This document shows, piece by piece, positions 49,285 to 58,328 of a stretch of DNA of 64,000 nucleotides. The translations under genes and the position numbers were made by a program. The stretch comes from an uncultured delta proteobacterium. Lineage in GTDB: Bacteria > Desulfobacterota > SM23-61. The DNA lies in contig CAVQIK010000008.1 of assembly GCA_963712535.1 (NCBI GenBank), positions 34,798 through 98,797 on the forward strand. Reading direction: 5' to 3'. Position 1 is the stretch's first letter. Each line of letters opens with the position of its first letter. The notes beneath the pieces were generated by a model. The model did no database searches. It was given only the letters and a program-made list of their open reading frames with translations, and was not told the origin of the DNA.

Positions 49285-49497
49285 TCAGGTGAATCGCCCC
49301 GGCCGGGAAGCACATGCGGAATTCGTTCCGCTTTCGCCGGCCTTGGATTCCCCGCAGGAGAAGGAGGAAATAATCACCCGCTGGGGGTCGGCGGCCCCGC
49401 ACTTGGGGCAAACGATCTTCAAATCCTTCTCCGACGCCCCATGGATCATCTCGAACCGGTTGGGACACTTGCAACATTGATACTCATAAATAGGCAC
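49285..49497 (-). CDS. FmdB-family zinc-ribbon protein (possible C-terminal Sec, extension to 49279)
   Basis: MPIYEYQCCKC...FE...CPKCG. Ends RFT-TGA-AGG-TGA. Confidence 0.85.
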   Translation of the reverse strand: MPIYEYQCCKCPNRFEMIHGASEKDLKIVCPKCGAADPQRVIISSFSCGESKAGESGTNSACASRPGRFT

Positions 49498-49583
49498 AGA
49501 TTACCTCCATAAAAAAATGTGAGTTGGGAGTTGGGAGTGATAGGACCGATCCATCCGATCAACTCCCTTTCATTATTTTGGCT

Positions 49584-49745
49584 TTACCCTAAAGCCATCA
49601 GCAACCCGATCAACGCCCCGAAAATCACGGTGAGATACGGGTTGCAGGTGAGGCCTCAAGCGCTTCCGGTTTTCGCGGAAACGAGGCTCAAGCCGTATCC
49701 CACCGCGGCTCCAATCGCCAGCCCGGCAATAATTTTTAAACTCAT
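49584..49745 (-). CDS. Small two-helix membrane selenoprotein candidate, DUF6132-like (not in ORF track)
   Basis: MSLKIIAGLAIGAAVGYGLSLVSAKTGSA-TGA(49658-56)-GLTCNPYLTVIFGALIGLLMALG*, directly downstream of trxA. Confidence 0.7.
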
Positions 49746-49761
49746 GAGTTTCTCGCCGTCC

Positions 49762-50094
49762 TTATAAGGCCTTTTTGACAATGTTTTCAAGCTGGCTCTT
49801 GGGAACCGCCCCCACCACCTGGTCAAAGATCTTTCCGTCCTTGAACATGATCAGCGTGGGAATCCCCCTCACGCCGTAACTGGCCGGGGTTTTCGGGTTC
49901 TCATCGACGTTGACCTTCGCGAACTTGATCTTGTCTGAATACTGGGTGCAGAGCTCTTCAAAGATGGGTCCGATCATCCGGCACGGCCCGCACCAGGACG
50001 CCCAGAAATCGACGATGGTGGGTTGTCCCGACTCCAGGACTTCTTTTTGGAATGAAGCGTCGGTTACGGCGATAGGCCCGGTTCCCTCCCCCAT
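49762..50094 (-). CDS. trxA: Thioredoxin
   Basis: VDFWASWCGPC, KVNVDE, VRGIPTL. Confidence 0.96.
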   Translation of the reverse strand: MGEGTGPIAVTDASFQKEVLESGQPTIVDFWASWCGPCRMIGPIFEELCTQYSDKIKFAKVNVDENPKTPASYGVRGIPTLIMFKDGKIFDQVVGAVPKSQLENIVKKAL

Positions 50095-50295
50095 AGTGTC
50101 CTCCTTCGTGCAATTTCTCTAACAAAAAATTACTCTTTAGGTGCCCCGATTCCAGAAAAGATTCACCCAAAGAAAATTTCTTATGCTCAGATCAATTTTA
50201 TCAAACACTCTCCGTTATAAGAAGAAAAAAGGCCCGTGGCCGCACGGCTGCGTTCGGCTCTTTTTCGTGCCCTTCTTCTCAATTTCATGGCTTTC

Positions 50296-51246
50296 TTAAG
50301 TTGGCGGACCCTTCCCTCCGCCGAAGAGCTGGGGCATCCTCGACAGGATCTTCATGTCTCCCTTCACCTTGTACAGGCCGTCCATGAGCGCCTTGGGCCG
50401 GTCAATTTCTCCCCGCGCGATCTTCACCCAGACGTCTGCGGGGCATTCGATCGTGAGTGCAGGGGAAACTGACTCCCCCGCGGAGACTGCGCAGCGCCCT
50501 TCCGCTATGGAGAGGACCCACTTCCCGCCGCCCTCCCCCGAAATGTCGAACTGGATTTCGGCCCGCAGGTCTCCGGCGGCGGCAGGGTTGAAAGAATCGG
50601 GCATCCCCTCGATCAGCTTATCCGCCGAGGCGGGAACTCTGGCCGCAGCTTCCGGGCTGACCCGGTATTTTCTTTTCAGATAGAAGGGAGGATATATTCT
50701 GGAAAATACGACCCCGATTCCGATGCACAGGGCGAAGGGGATCACGATGGAGTAAAGAGGCCTTCCGCGACCCAGGGAACTCGAAAGAAAGCAGGCAAAA
50801 AAGATTCCGGCCCAGACATAGCTGATGCGGTAGTTGATCAGCCGGAAATCGGGCGCACCCCAGACCGATGGAGGATACCACTGCCGCGCGACCGCATAGG
50901 TGAACGGCTCATAACCCAGCAACTGGGGCAAAAGGCTCATCAGGAAAAGGGTGAAATAAAGAAAGGCCACCGAGTTGTCGACGAAAACGCGGGCGACGTT
51001 TTCCGGGAAACCATAAACCCAGACGGTTCCCGCAAGGAGAAAGCCCAGGAATGCTTTTTCGAGGTAGGTGTTGTATTTCAGGATCCTTCGCGCGCCCACG
51101 TATTGAAACAAAGCCAGGAAGAGCCCGATGACGACCGCAGCCTTGGCCTGTCCCCAGGTGGCGTCTCCCACCCGGGCGATGATCTTAAAAGCCGCGACGG
51201 GCAGGAAAGAAGTCACAAATAGCACCTTTTCCAAGTTCCGCGGCAT
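50296..51246 (-). CDS. Membrane protein with C-terminal SCP2 sterol-binding domain
   Basis: About 6 TM helices with EPFT...AR, then MPDSFNP.AAG.L.AEIQF.ISGEGGG.W...G...K.AL.M.G..KV.GD. Confidence 0.8.
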   Translation of the reverse strand: MPRNLEKVLFVTSFLPVAAFKIIARVGDATWGQAKAAVVIGLFLALFQYVGARRILKYNTYLEKAFLGFLLAGTVWVYGFPENVARVFVDNSVAFLYFTLFLMSLLPQLLGYEPFTYAVARQWYPPSVWGAPDFRLINYRISYVWAGIFFACFLSSSLGRGRPLYSIVIPFALCIGIGVVFSRIYPPFYLKRKYRVSPEAAARVPASADKLIEGMPDSFNPAAAGDLRAEIQFDISGEGGGKWVLSIAEGRCAVSAGESVSPALTIECPADVWVKIARGEIDRPKALMDGLYKVKGDMKILSRMPQLFGGGKGPPT

Positions 51247-51333
51247 CTCCCCCTCCTGGGTTGAGGGTTTGAACCCTTTTTCCTGTTAGGATCATCCAAC
51301 CTTAACAAAAACCGGGGAAGGAAACTAGTCAAA

Positions 51334-51528
51334 ATGGAGAAAAGCGGCCGGAAAGATCTTGAAGAAGAACTGGCAAAGCTGAAGGCCGAGTTGAAGGAGC
51401 GGGAGTTAAGCCTCCCGGCTCATTCGATCCGCCCGCATCAGCTGTCAGCCATCGAAGAGCTCGAGAACCAAATCCGCAGCCTGCAGGATCAGCTAAGTCT
51501 CCTTCCCCCGCACAATTCCGGCGATTGA
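51334..51528 (+). CDS. Small coiled-coil hypothetical protein
   Basis: 64-aa ORF with LPAHSIRPHQ between two heptad helices. Confidence 0.65.
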   Translation: MEKSGRKDLEEELAKLKAELKERELSLPAHSIRPHQLSAIEELENQIRSLQDQLSLLPPHNSGD

Positions 51529-51535
51529 AAGACAG

Positions 51536-51700
51536 ATGAACTGCATCCGCCACCCGGATCGACCCGCCTTTTCCGTTTGCCTGAAACACAACCGGGGTTA
51601 CTGTCAGGAATGCTGCGCCTGCGCGGACCCCAAAGGGCACTGTAAATTCCGTACCCGGTGCATCGCCTGGCAGATCTGCCGGAAAAAAAGAAAAAATTGA
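51536..51700 (+). CDS. Small Cys-rich (B-box-like) protein, not in ORF track
   Basis: MNCIRHPDRPAFSVCLKHNRGYCQECCACADPKGHCKFRTRCIAWQICRKKRKN, 9 Cys and 3 His, starting 7 nt after the upstream stop. Confidence 0.65.
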   Translation: MNCIRHPDRPAFSVCLKHNRGYCQECCACADPKGHCKFRTRCIAWQICRKKRKN

Positions 51701-51881
51701 CCGGAGAGAACAATATCAGGGAATAGCTCCACACGCAAGAGCGCAGAGGAAAAAGGTTAGAAAATCCTTCCCCCATTGCGGCTTGCGACTTCGCCCTCAC
51801 AACGCCACCCCCGCGCCGGAAAGGCCTCGTTCCTTGCCCGGGGAGCCTCAACCACAAGACAAAATCGCCTTCGGATTTCTC

Positions 51882-51918
51882 TTGACAAGGTTTTACCTAA
51901 AGCATATATGTCTAGACA
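51882..51918 (+). promoter_or_regulatory. Sigma70-type promoter with overlapping palindromic GntR/HutC-type operator
   Basis: TTGACA at 51882-87, TATATG 17 nt later, and TGTCTAGACA palindrome at 51909-51918. Confidence 0.55.
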
Positions 51919-52169
51919 ACTGATCCCCGCCGGGGGCCTCTCGGGACCTCGACGATCTTCCGAGAGGCAGCAAGCATCAGGGATGCGGCCACAAGAAGAA
52001 AGCTGCAAGAGGGGACATGGATCAAAATGGCCGGCTGGAATTTTCTTCCGAGTGGCGCGGGGGCCGTGAACGATTCAAACCTGGACAAGGATGCCAAGAA
52101 GGGAGGTGATCGAAGGAGCAGTTTTTTTTCATAGCGTAGGAAGCAGCAGCACTCATGAGGAGGCGAGAT

Positions 52170-53264
52170 ATGGAAGGAAAACAGGCTAAAATTCCTTTTT
52201 TTGAGCAGACGGCCGTAGGCAAGCTGAAGCAAAAAATTTACGCAATGTCGGACGCGCAAATCGATCAGCTCTTGAAAGAATACGCCATCCCATCCCCCGG
52301 CGAAATGGAAAAACCGGGGAGTTACATTCAGAACACCACCCGAAAAGAACTCGTAGAGTCTCGCCGCAGGAACGACGTCGTCATTGTCCCCGTAGGATCG
52401 ACGGAAAATCACGGCCCCCATTCGGTGAGCGGCCACGATACCCTGCAGGTCTGCCGTATCGCCGAAGCGGTTCGGAGGAAAACCGGAAAATCGGGGGCTC
52501 CCATTCATATCGCCTATCCCCTTAACTATGGCTGTCATCCGCCGTGGCATCAGGGGATGTTCGGGACGGTCATGGTCAACGATGAAGCCTTCGAACAATC
52601 CATCATGCAGGTCATGTACGGCCTTTGGAACGACGGCTTCCGGAAACAGATCTGGATCAATAACCACGCTCACCAGAACGAATTGGAGAAGGCCGTCAAA
52701 CGGTTCCTGAATACATACCAGCTTCCGGGCTTCTACCTCGCTCTGGAGTGGACCCGTGCCGTCCGGGAATTCTTCGAAACGGAGGAATTTGGCGGGAAAT
52801 TCGCCACCCGTTTCGTCCACGCGGACGAGGCCGAAACCGCCTTCGCCCTCCTGCTTTTCCCGGAAATGATCAAGATGGAGTACGTGGTGGATACGGGAAC
52901 CCTGGCCGATTTCAAATACCTTCCTGCGGGCCATTTCGACCTCTCGGCGGAAGACTTGAACCGTCCCAACACTTACAAAACCCGGGCCGGAGACCTTCCT
53001 CTCGAGGTGGTGGCCACTCCGGAAGGAGTGGTGGGAAAAGCCTCCATCGCGACGGCCGACAAAGCCAAGAGGGTGATTGCGGCCATCTGCGAATATCTCG
53101 TCCTCCTGCAGGACGAGATATTAAAAACCTGGCCGGTGGGCAGCGTTCCTGATCCGGAAAAGACCACCTTCCGAACCAATGCGGAAATGGCGCCGTACCT
53201 GAAAGAGCCCGGCACCAAGGGATGGAAATCGGCCTATTCCTTGCCGCGGATCGGTCCCTATTAG
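52170..53264 (+). CDS. Creatininase-family hydrolase, IolN (3-dehydro-scyllo-inosose hydrolase)-like
   Basis: IVPVGSTENHGP, GTVMVNDEAF, WNDGFRKQI, HADEAET, EVVATPEGVVGKA...A.KAK, KEP...GW recall Thermotoga IolN across its length. Confidence 0.8.
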   Translation: MEGKQAKIPFFEQTAVGKLKQKIYAMSDAQIDQLLKEYAIPSPGEMEKPGSYIQNTTRKELVESRRRNDVVIVPVGSTENHGPHSVSGHDTLQVCRIAEAVRRKTGKSGAPIHIAYPLNYGCHPPWHQGMFGTVMVNDEAFEQSIMQVMYGLWNDGFRKQIWINNHAHQNELEKAVKRFLNTYQLPGFYLALEWTRAVREFFETEEFGGKFATRFVHADEAETAFALLLFPEMIKMEYVVDTGTLADFKYLPAGHFDLSAEDLNRPNTYKTRAGDLPLEVVATPEGVVGKASIATADKAKRVIAAICEYLVLLQDEILKTWPVGSVPDPEKTTFRTNAEMAPYLKEPGTKGWKSAYSLPRIGPY

Positions 53265-53380
53265 AAAAACAGCGCCGTTCCATTTCCGCAAGCCTGCTCA
53301 AATCGAATCTGGAAATCCGAAGAAAAAAGATCTGACCGGCATTCGGAAAACCGGAAATTCAAAACTACAGGAGGGTAGCG

Positions 53381-54457
53381 ATGAAAAGAAAGGCGACTAG
53401 GGCGTTTTTCGTGGGGGCAACATTCGTAGCCTTCGTTTTCGTTCTGGGGACTTTTGCAATGGCCCAGCAACCGGTCAAACTCAAGATGACGTCCTTCCTT
53501 CCTCCTCCAGAGGTTTCCATGCTGGCCGAGATTGCCAAGATATGGCAGGAGGAAGTGACCAAACAGACCAAAGGCGGCATCACCTTTGAGAACTACTGGG
53601 GAGGGGCCATGGCCAGCCCGGCCGAGCACATCGAGCTCGTCAAAAAGGGGACGGTGCAGTTGGCCCAGACTCACCAGTGGTACACCCCGGGCAAGTTCCC
53701 CATCGGGCATTTTGAGTATGTGTTCCCTTTCGGACCGATCGATTATGAGGTGGTGGCCAAGTCCATGCGGCAGATGCGCACGGAATTTCCGGAGTTTGCC
53801 CGAGACGAGGCCAAGGAGAACGTCATCATCCTCAGCACGCCTCCGGGCGGTGTGTACACCATGCTCGCCAAGAAGCCCATCAACACGGTGGACGGATTTA
53901 AGGGAGAAAAAGTGGCCCTGATCGGGCGATTCTTCGGAAAATGGCTTCCCCCCGGGGCGCAGGCCGTCGTCCGTCCGGGCGGGGAACGGTACGACCTTCT
54001 TCAAGGCGGGGTGACGTCGGTAAACATCGACCCATTCGATCTGATGTATGCCTTCAAGCTGGCCGAACAGGCGAAATACCACCTGGGCATTAATCTGACG
54101 ACGGCCTGCTGGGCCCACACGATGATGAATCTGGATACCTTCAAGAAGCTTTCTCCGGAATACCAGAAGATCCTCGTCGAAACGGGGAAAGAGATGGAAG
54201 TGAAGTCGGCCAAAGAGATCGTCCCCAAATGGTGGGACCGGGTCCAGAAGGAATGGAAAGCCAAGGGGGTTACCGAGGTCGATTTCCCCAATTCGGAGAT
54301 CATGAAATGGGCCGCGACTTTGGAGGATGTGCCGGCTCAATTTGCCGCCGAGATCGAGGGCAAAGGGTACCCGGGGTTCAAGATGATGGAGCGTTGGCAG
54401 GAAATCACCGCCAGCCATGGATTTAAATGGGCCCGGAAATGGGCGGTTAAGAAATAG
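53381..54457 (+). CDS. dctP: TRAP transporter substrate-binding protein
   Basis: Signal peptide, ITFENYWGGAM, ELVKKGTVQL, PF, DGFKG.K, YDLLQGG. Confidence 0.88.
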   Translation: MKRKATRAFFVGATFVAFVFVLGTFAMAQQPVKLKMTSFLPPPEVSMLAEIAKIWQEEVTKQTKGGITFENYWGGAMASPAEHIELVKKGTVQLAQTHQWYTPGKFPIGHFEYVFPFGPIDYEVVAKSMRQMRTEFPEFARDEAKENVIILSTPPGGVYTMLAKKPINTVDGFKGEKVALIGRFFGKWLPPGAQAVVRPGGERYDLLQGGVTSVNIDPFDLMYAFKLAEQAKYHLGINLTTACWAHTMMNLDTFKKLSPEYQKILVETGKEMEVKSAKEIVPKWWDRVQKEWKAKGVTEVDFPNSEIMKWAATLEDVPAQFAAEIEGKGYPGFKMMERWQEITASHGFKWARKWAVKK

Positions 54458-54530
54458 ACGAGATGGCCTCCTCTTGCGAAGGGGGACGATTCATTTCGCC
54501 CCCCTTCCCGGAGGCCCCAAGGAGATCCCC

Positions 54531-55049
54531 ATGACTTTGAATCAATTTGACCGAGGGATCATAAAAATCGAGAAGGCCCTCACTGCCGTTTCCTGGATCG
54601 TGACCATCGCCGTTACGGTCATGATCGTTACCGATATCGTGATGCGGTTCTTTTTCGACCATCCTCTCCCGGCGACGTGGGAGATCAGCGAAGTATGCAT
54701 GCCGGCCATCGTGTTCATGGCCTTCGCCTATACGTTGACCATGGACCAGCACGTGAAGATGTCCCTGGTCAAGGAACGAGTTCCCCCCAAAGTTCAGGTG
54801 ATATTTGAGATGATCACCAATCTAATTTCCTTCGCCCTGTGCGCCCTCATCACCTACTGGTCCTGGCTGCGGTTCAAAACTTCATTCGCGACCGGCGAGG
54901 AAATCCTTGCGGCGATTTACGTTCCCTGGTGGCCGGGGAAAATCATGATGCCCATCGGCATGGGATTCCTGACCCTGCGCTACCTGATGAAATTTGTCAA
55001 TAATTTCGCCCACCAGGACGTTGAAAAAAATCCGCTGGTGGGGGGATGA
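54531..55049 (+). CDS. dctQ: TRAP transporter small permease
   Basis: 4 TM helices, DIVMRFFF..PL..TWEI, HVKM.L. Confidence 0.88.
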   Translation: MTLNQFDRGIIKIEKALTAVSWIVTIAVTVMIVTDIVMRFFFDHPLPATWEISEVCMPAIVFMAFAYTLTMDQHVKMSLVKERVPPKVQVIFEMITNLISFALCALITYWSWLRFKTSFATGEEILAAIYVPWWPGKIMMPIGMGFLTLRYLMKFVNNFAHQDVEKNPLVGG

Positions 55050-56392
55050 ACATGGATCCATTCACGATTGGTTTACTGGGAGCGCTTCTCTTATTCGCGC
55101 TGCTGGCCATCGGCACCCACATCGGTATCGCCCTCGCCCTCTCGGGGTTTCTGGGGGTGGTCTTCATGTCCGGGTTCGAGCAGGCTATCACCATGAGCGT
55201 GAGCGCCATCTACCACAAGGTTTCCGGCCCGGCGCTGATCACCCTTCCCCTGTTTATCCTGATGGGGTACCTGGCCAGCGGGGGCGGAATCAGCGGGGCC
55301 CTGTATGACAGCCTCGCCCTCTGGCTGGGAAAATTTCGGGGAGGGCTGGGAATCGCCACGGTTTGGGCCTGCACGGCCTTCGGGACCGTCTGCGGGTCCT
55401 CCATCGTCACCACGGCCGTTTTCGGCAAAACCTGCGCCCCCGAGATGCGCCGCCACGGGTATTCCAAAGCGATGTCCTATGCCATCTGCGCCTCCGCGGG
55501 ATCGATCGGAATGCTGATCCCGCCGAGCATCCTGGCCATCGTTTACGGGATGCTCAGCGGCATTTCCATCGGCAAAGTACTGATGGCCGGGGTGATGCCC
55601 GGGCTCATATGGGCGGTCCTCTTCAGCCTCGCCGTCCTGATCATGCCTAAAATAAAGCCCAAATTCATCGAGAGAGATCCCTATCTTCAGAACGCGACCT
55701 GGCGCCAGCGGATCGTCAGTCTGAAGACCTGGTGGCCCATCGCCCTGGTCGCCGGAGCGATGTTCGGGGGGATTTACGGAGGGATCTTCACTCCCAGTGA
55801 AGCGGCGTCCGTGGCCGCCTTCGTGATGATTGTCTATTACGTGTTCATCAAGATCCTGCCCAGCCGGGGGGCCAAGCGGAAGGAAAGCCTGCGGGATTTC
55901 AAAACCATCATGACCGATACGGCCACCACATCCGCCCTGGTCTTCCTGATCCTGGGGGCGGCGACCATCTTTTCCAATTTTACCGTGTTGACCGGCATGA
56001 CCAATTCGATTTCCCGGTTGGTAAAAGAGTGGGGGCTTTCTCCGATGACCCTGATTTTGCTGTTCAGCGTCATTTATTTGATTCTGGGCTGTTTCCTGGA
56101 CAGCATCTCCATGCTCTGCATCACCATCCCGGTGTTCAATCCCATCATCCAGCAGGCCGGGATCGACCCGATCTGGTATGCCACCATCGTCATCGTCTCG
56201 GTGGAGATCGGTCTCATTACTCCCCCTGTAGGGATGAATCTCTATGCTGCGAAAGGGGTAGCGGAACCGGACGTCAGCCTGGAGGATATCATCAGCGGCA
56301 TCATTCCTTTCCTGGTCGCGGAGGTCGTAAGCCTGATTCTTTTCCTGTGTTTCCCCATTCTGAGCACCTACCTTCCCAGTTTCGTGGGGTGA
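55046..56392 (+). CDS. dctM: TRAP transporter large permease
   Basis: LITLPLFILMG, CGSS, GSIGMLIPPS, GIFTPSEA, IGLITPPVGMNL. Confidence 0.95.
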   Translation: MNMDPFTIGLLGALLLFALLAIGTHIGIALALSGFLGVVFMSGFEQAITMSVSAIYHKVSGPALITLPLFILMGYLASGGGISGALYDSLALWLGKFRGGLGIATVWACTAFGTVCGSSIVTTAVFGKTCAPEMRRHGYSKAMSYAICASAGSIGMLIPPSILAIVYGMLSGISIGKVLMAGVMPGLIWAVLFSLAVLIMPKIKPKFIERDPYLQNATWRQRIVSLKTWWPIALVAGAMFGGIYGGIFTPSEAASVAAFVMIVYYVFIKILPSRGAKRKESLRDFKTIMTDTATTSALVFLILGAATIFSNFTVLTGMTNSISRLVKEWGLSPMTLILLFSVIYLILGCFLDSISMLCITIPVFNPIIQQAGIDPIWYATIVIVSVEIGLITPPVGMNLYAAKGVAEPDVSLEDIISGIIPFLVAEVVSLILFLCFPILSTYLPSFVG

Positions 56393-56436
56393 GGCCGGAT
56401 GAAAAAAAGCCCCCCTTGGGACCAGGTTGAGAAGAA

Positions 56437-57258
56437 ATGAGGATTCCGGAAAAATTTGACGTTCGCAGCGGGGTTCGGGCCAGCATGGCGCAAGCAAGGG
56501 GTTCTCGCATGATGCACAAAAACCTGGGGGAGATCGTCAAGGGGATCCCCATTCCTCTCTATTATCAGATCACTGACCTTATCCTGCGCAGCATCGAGAA
56601 GGGAAAATATCGGCCCCATCAGCAGATCCCCACGGAAGAACAGCTTACCGCGAATTTTCAGGTGAGCCGGATGACCGTCCGCCAGGCAATCAATAAGCTG
56701 GTGAGCGACGGCGTGCTCTACCGCCGGCGGGGGCGGGGGACTTTTGTGGGGGACCCGAAGATCGAACGCAAGGTGGCCAAATTATCGAGCGTGGCCGAAG
56801 ACATGAGGAGGGCGGGGTTAAAGCCGGGTTCGATCATCCTGGAAAGGAAAATTGTTCATCCCACGGAAGAAGAACGGAATGTTCTGAATCTGAAACCGGA
56901 AGAAACGGTGTTGGAGATCAAACGTCTGCGCACGGCCAACGACCAGCCCATCGCCATCGGCCGCACCCTGATCCCGGTGAGCCTTTATCCCGGACTGGTG
57001 AAAGAAACATTTTTGGGGGTCGTGTCCTTGACCCAGCTTTTGAAGAAGAAGTACGGCCTCAAAATCGATTATGCTTATCAGAAAATCCAGGCGGTGAATG
57101 CCACCGAAAACCAGGCCCGGATTTTAAAAATCAAAAAAGGCACATCCCTTCTTCACATGAACCGAGTGTTTGTCAATCCCAACCAGACCCCGATCGGGAT
57201 CTTTGAAACATACTATCGCGGCGATCGATACATCTTCACGTCCACCTTGTATCCGTGA
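56437..57258 (+). CDS. GntR-family regulator, HutC subfamily (UTRA domain)
   Basis: PLYYQI, IPTEEQL...FQVSRMTVRQAI, RRRGRGTFV, and a UTRA-type C-terminus. Alternative start at 56509. Confidence 0.92.
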   Translation: MRIPEKFDVRSGVRASMAQARGSRMMHKNLGEIVKGIPIPLYYQITDLILRSIEKGKYRPHQQIPTEEQLTANFQVSRMTVRQAINKLVSDGVLYRRRGRGTFVGDPKIERKVAKLSSVAEDMRRAGLKPGSIILERKIVHPTEEERNVLNLKPEETVLEIKRLRTANDQPIAIGRTLIPVSLYPGLVKETFLGVVSLTQLLKKKYGLKIDYAYQKIQAVNATENQARILKIKKGTSLLHMNRVFVNPNQTPIGIFETYYRGDRYIFTSTLYP

Positions 57259-57343
57259 AAGGCGGAGCGACACCGCGGTTTTTCAGCCCAGAATGCGAGC
57301 CGGAAACAAGGATCGCACATTAAAAAACCGAAAGGAGAAAAAA

Positions 57344-58202
57344 ATGAGTCAGACCAAACCGAACAACCTCATCGATTGCAGCCAGGTGGATGTCAAGGAT
57401 TGGCTGAAAGAGACCGACATCTGTCTGGTCCCCATCGGCAGCTGCGAGCAGCACGGCAACCATCTTCCCTTGCGGACCGACACCATTACCGCCGAGGTGA
57501 TCGCGGGCCGGGCGGCCAAAAAGGCCAACGTCCCCCATACGCCCGTGGTCTGGTGCGGCTATTCCCCCCAGCACATGCGACCCGTGGGCAGCGGCGCCGG
57601 AACCATTACCTTCCGTTCGGCGACCTTCCAGGCCCTCCTCTATGACATCGGCCGGAGCCTGATCCACCACGGCTTCAACAAGATCATCTACGTCACCGGG
57701 CACGGGTCGAACATCAAAGTCCTCGACCCCATGCTCCGCAACCTCCGCTACGAAACCGGCGCCTTTATCGCCATGTACAAGGCCTATTCGGAACGGGACC
57801 TCTCCCTGGTGCAGGATATCATCGAAAACCCCAAGGAAGAAACCCCGGGCTGGCACTGCAGCGAGATGGAAACCGCCCAGGACATGGCTTTTAACATGAA
57901 ACTGGTGCGCATGGACCGGGCGGTGGATCAGACGGACCCATGCGCCCACCTGGATGGGGCAGGCTTTCTCCAAGCAGGACGGCTCGTCGGGGGTCACCTT
58001 TCAAAGGCAGGAATACATCGTCATCCCCATGGAGCATCATGAGTACAGCGATGTCGGGGTCGTGGGAAATCCCTTCCGGGCCACGGCGGAAAAGGGAGAG
58101 AAACTGTTCGAGCGGTTCTCCAACTACCTGGTGGATTTCCTCGCCGAGGTCCGCAAAATCAAGGTGGAGGTTAAGAACCGGGAATTTACCAGCCGGGGAT
58201 AA
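57344..58202 (+). CDS. Creatininase-family protein (one frameshift ~57940)
   Basis: LVPIGSCEQHGNHLPLRTD, GTIT, VTGHGSN, WHCSEMET, GVVGNPFRATAEKGE. Confidence 0.88.
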
Positions 58203-58328
58203 AGATCAGCACGGTTCAATTCATCTCCCGATGCCCTGCGAACCCGTGACGGTCCGGGACCATTCATCCCCTCAGGAGCCGATCGCTCCTGGGGGTCATC
58301 TTGTCGATCAGCAGCGGAAAGGATTTTC

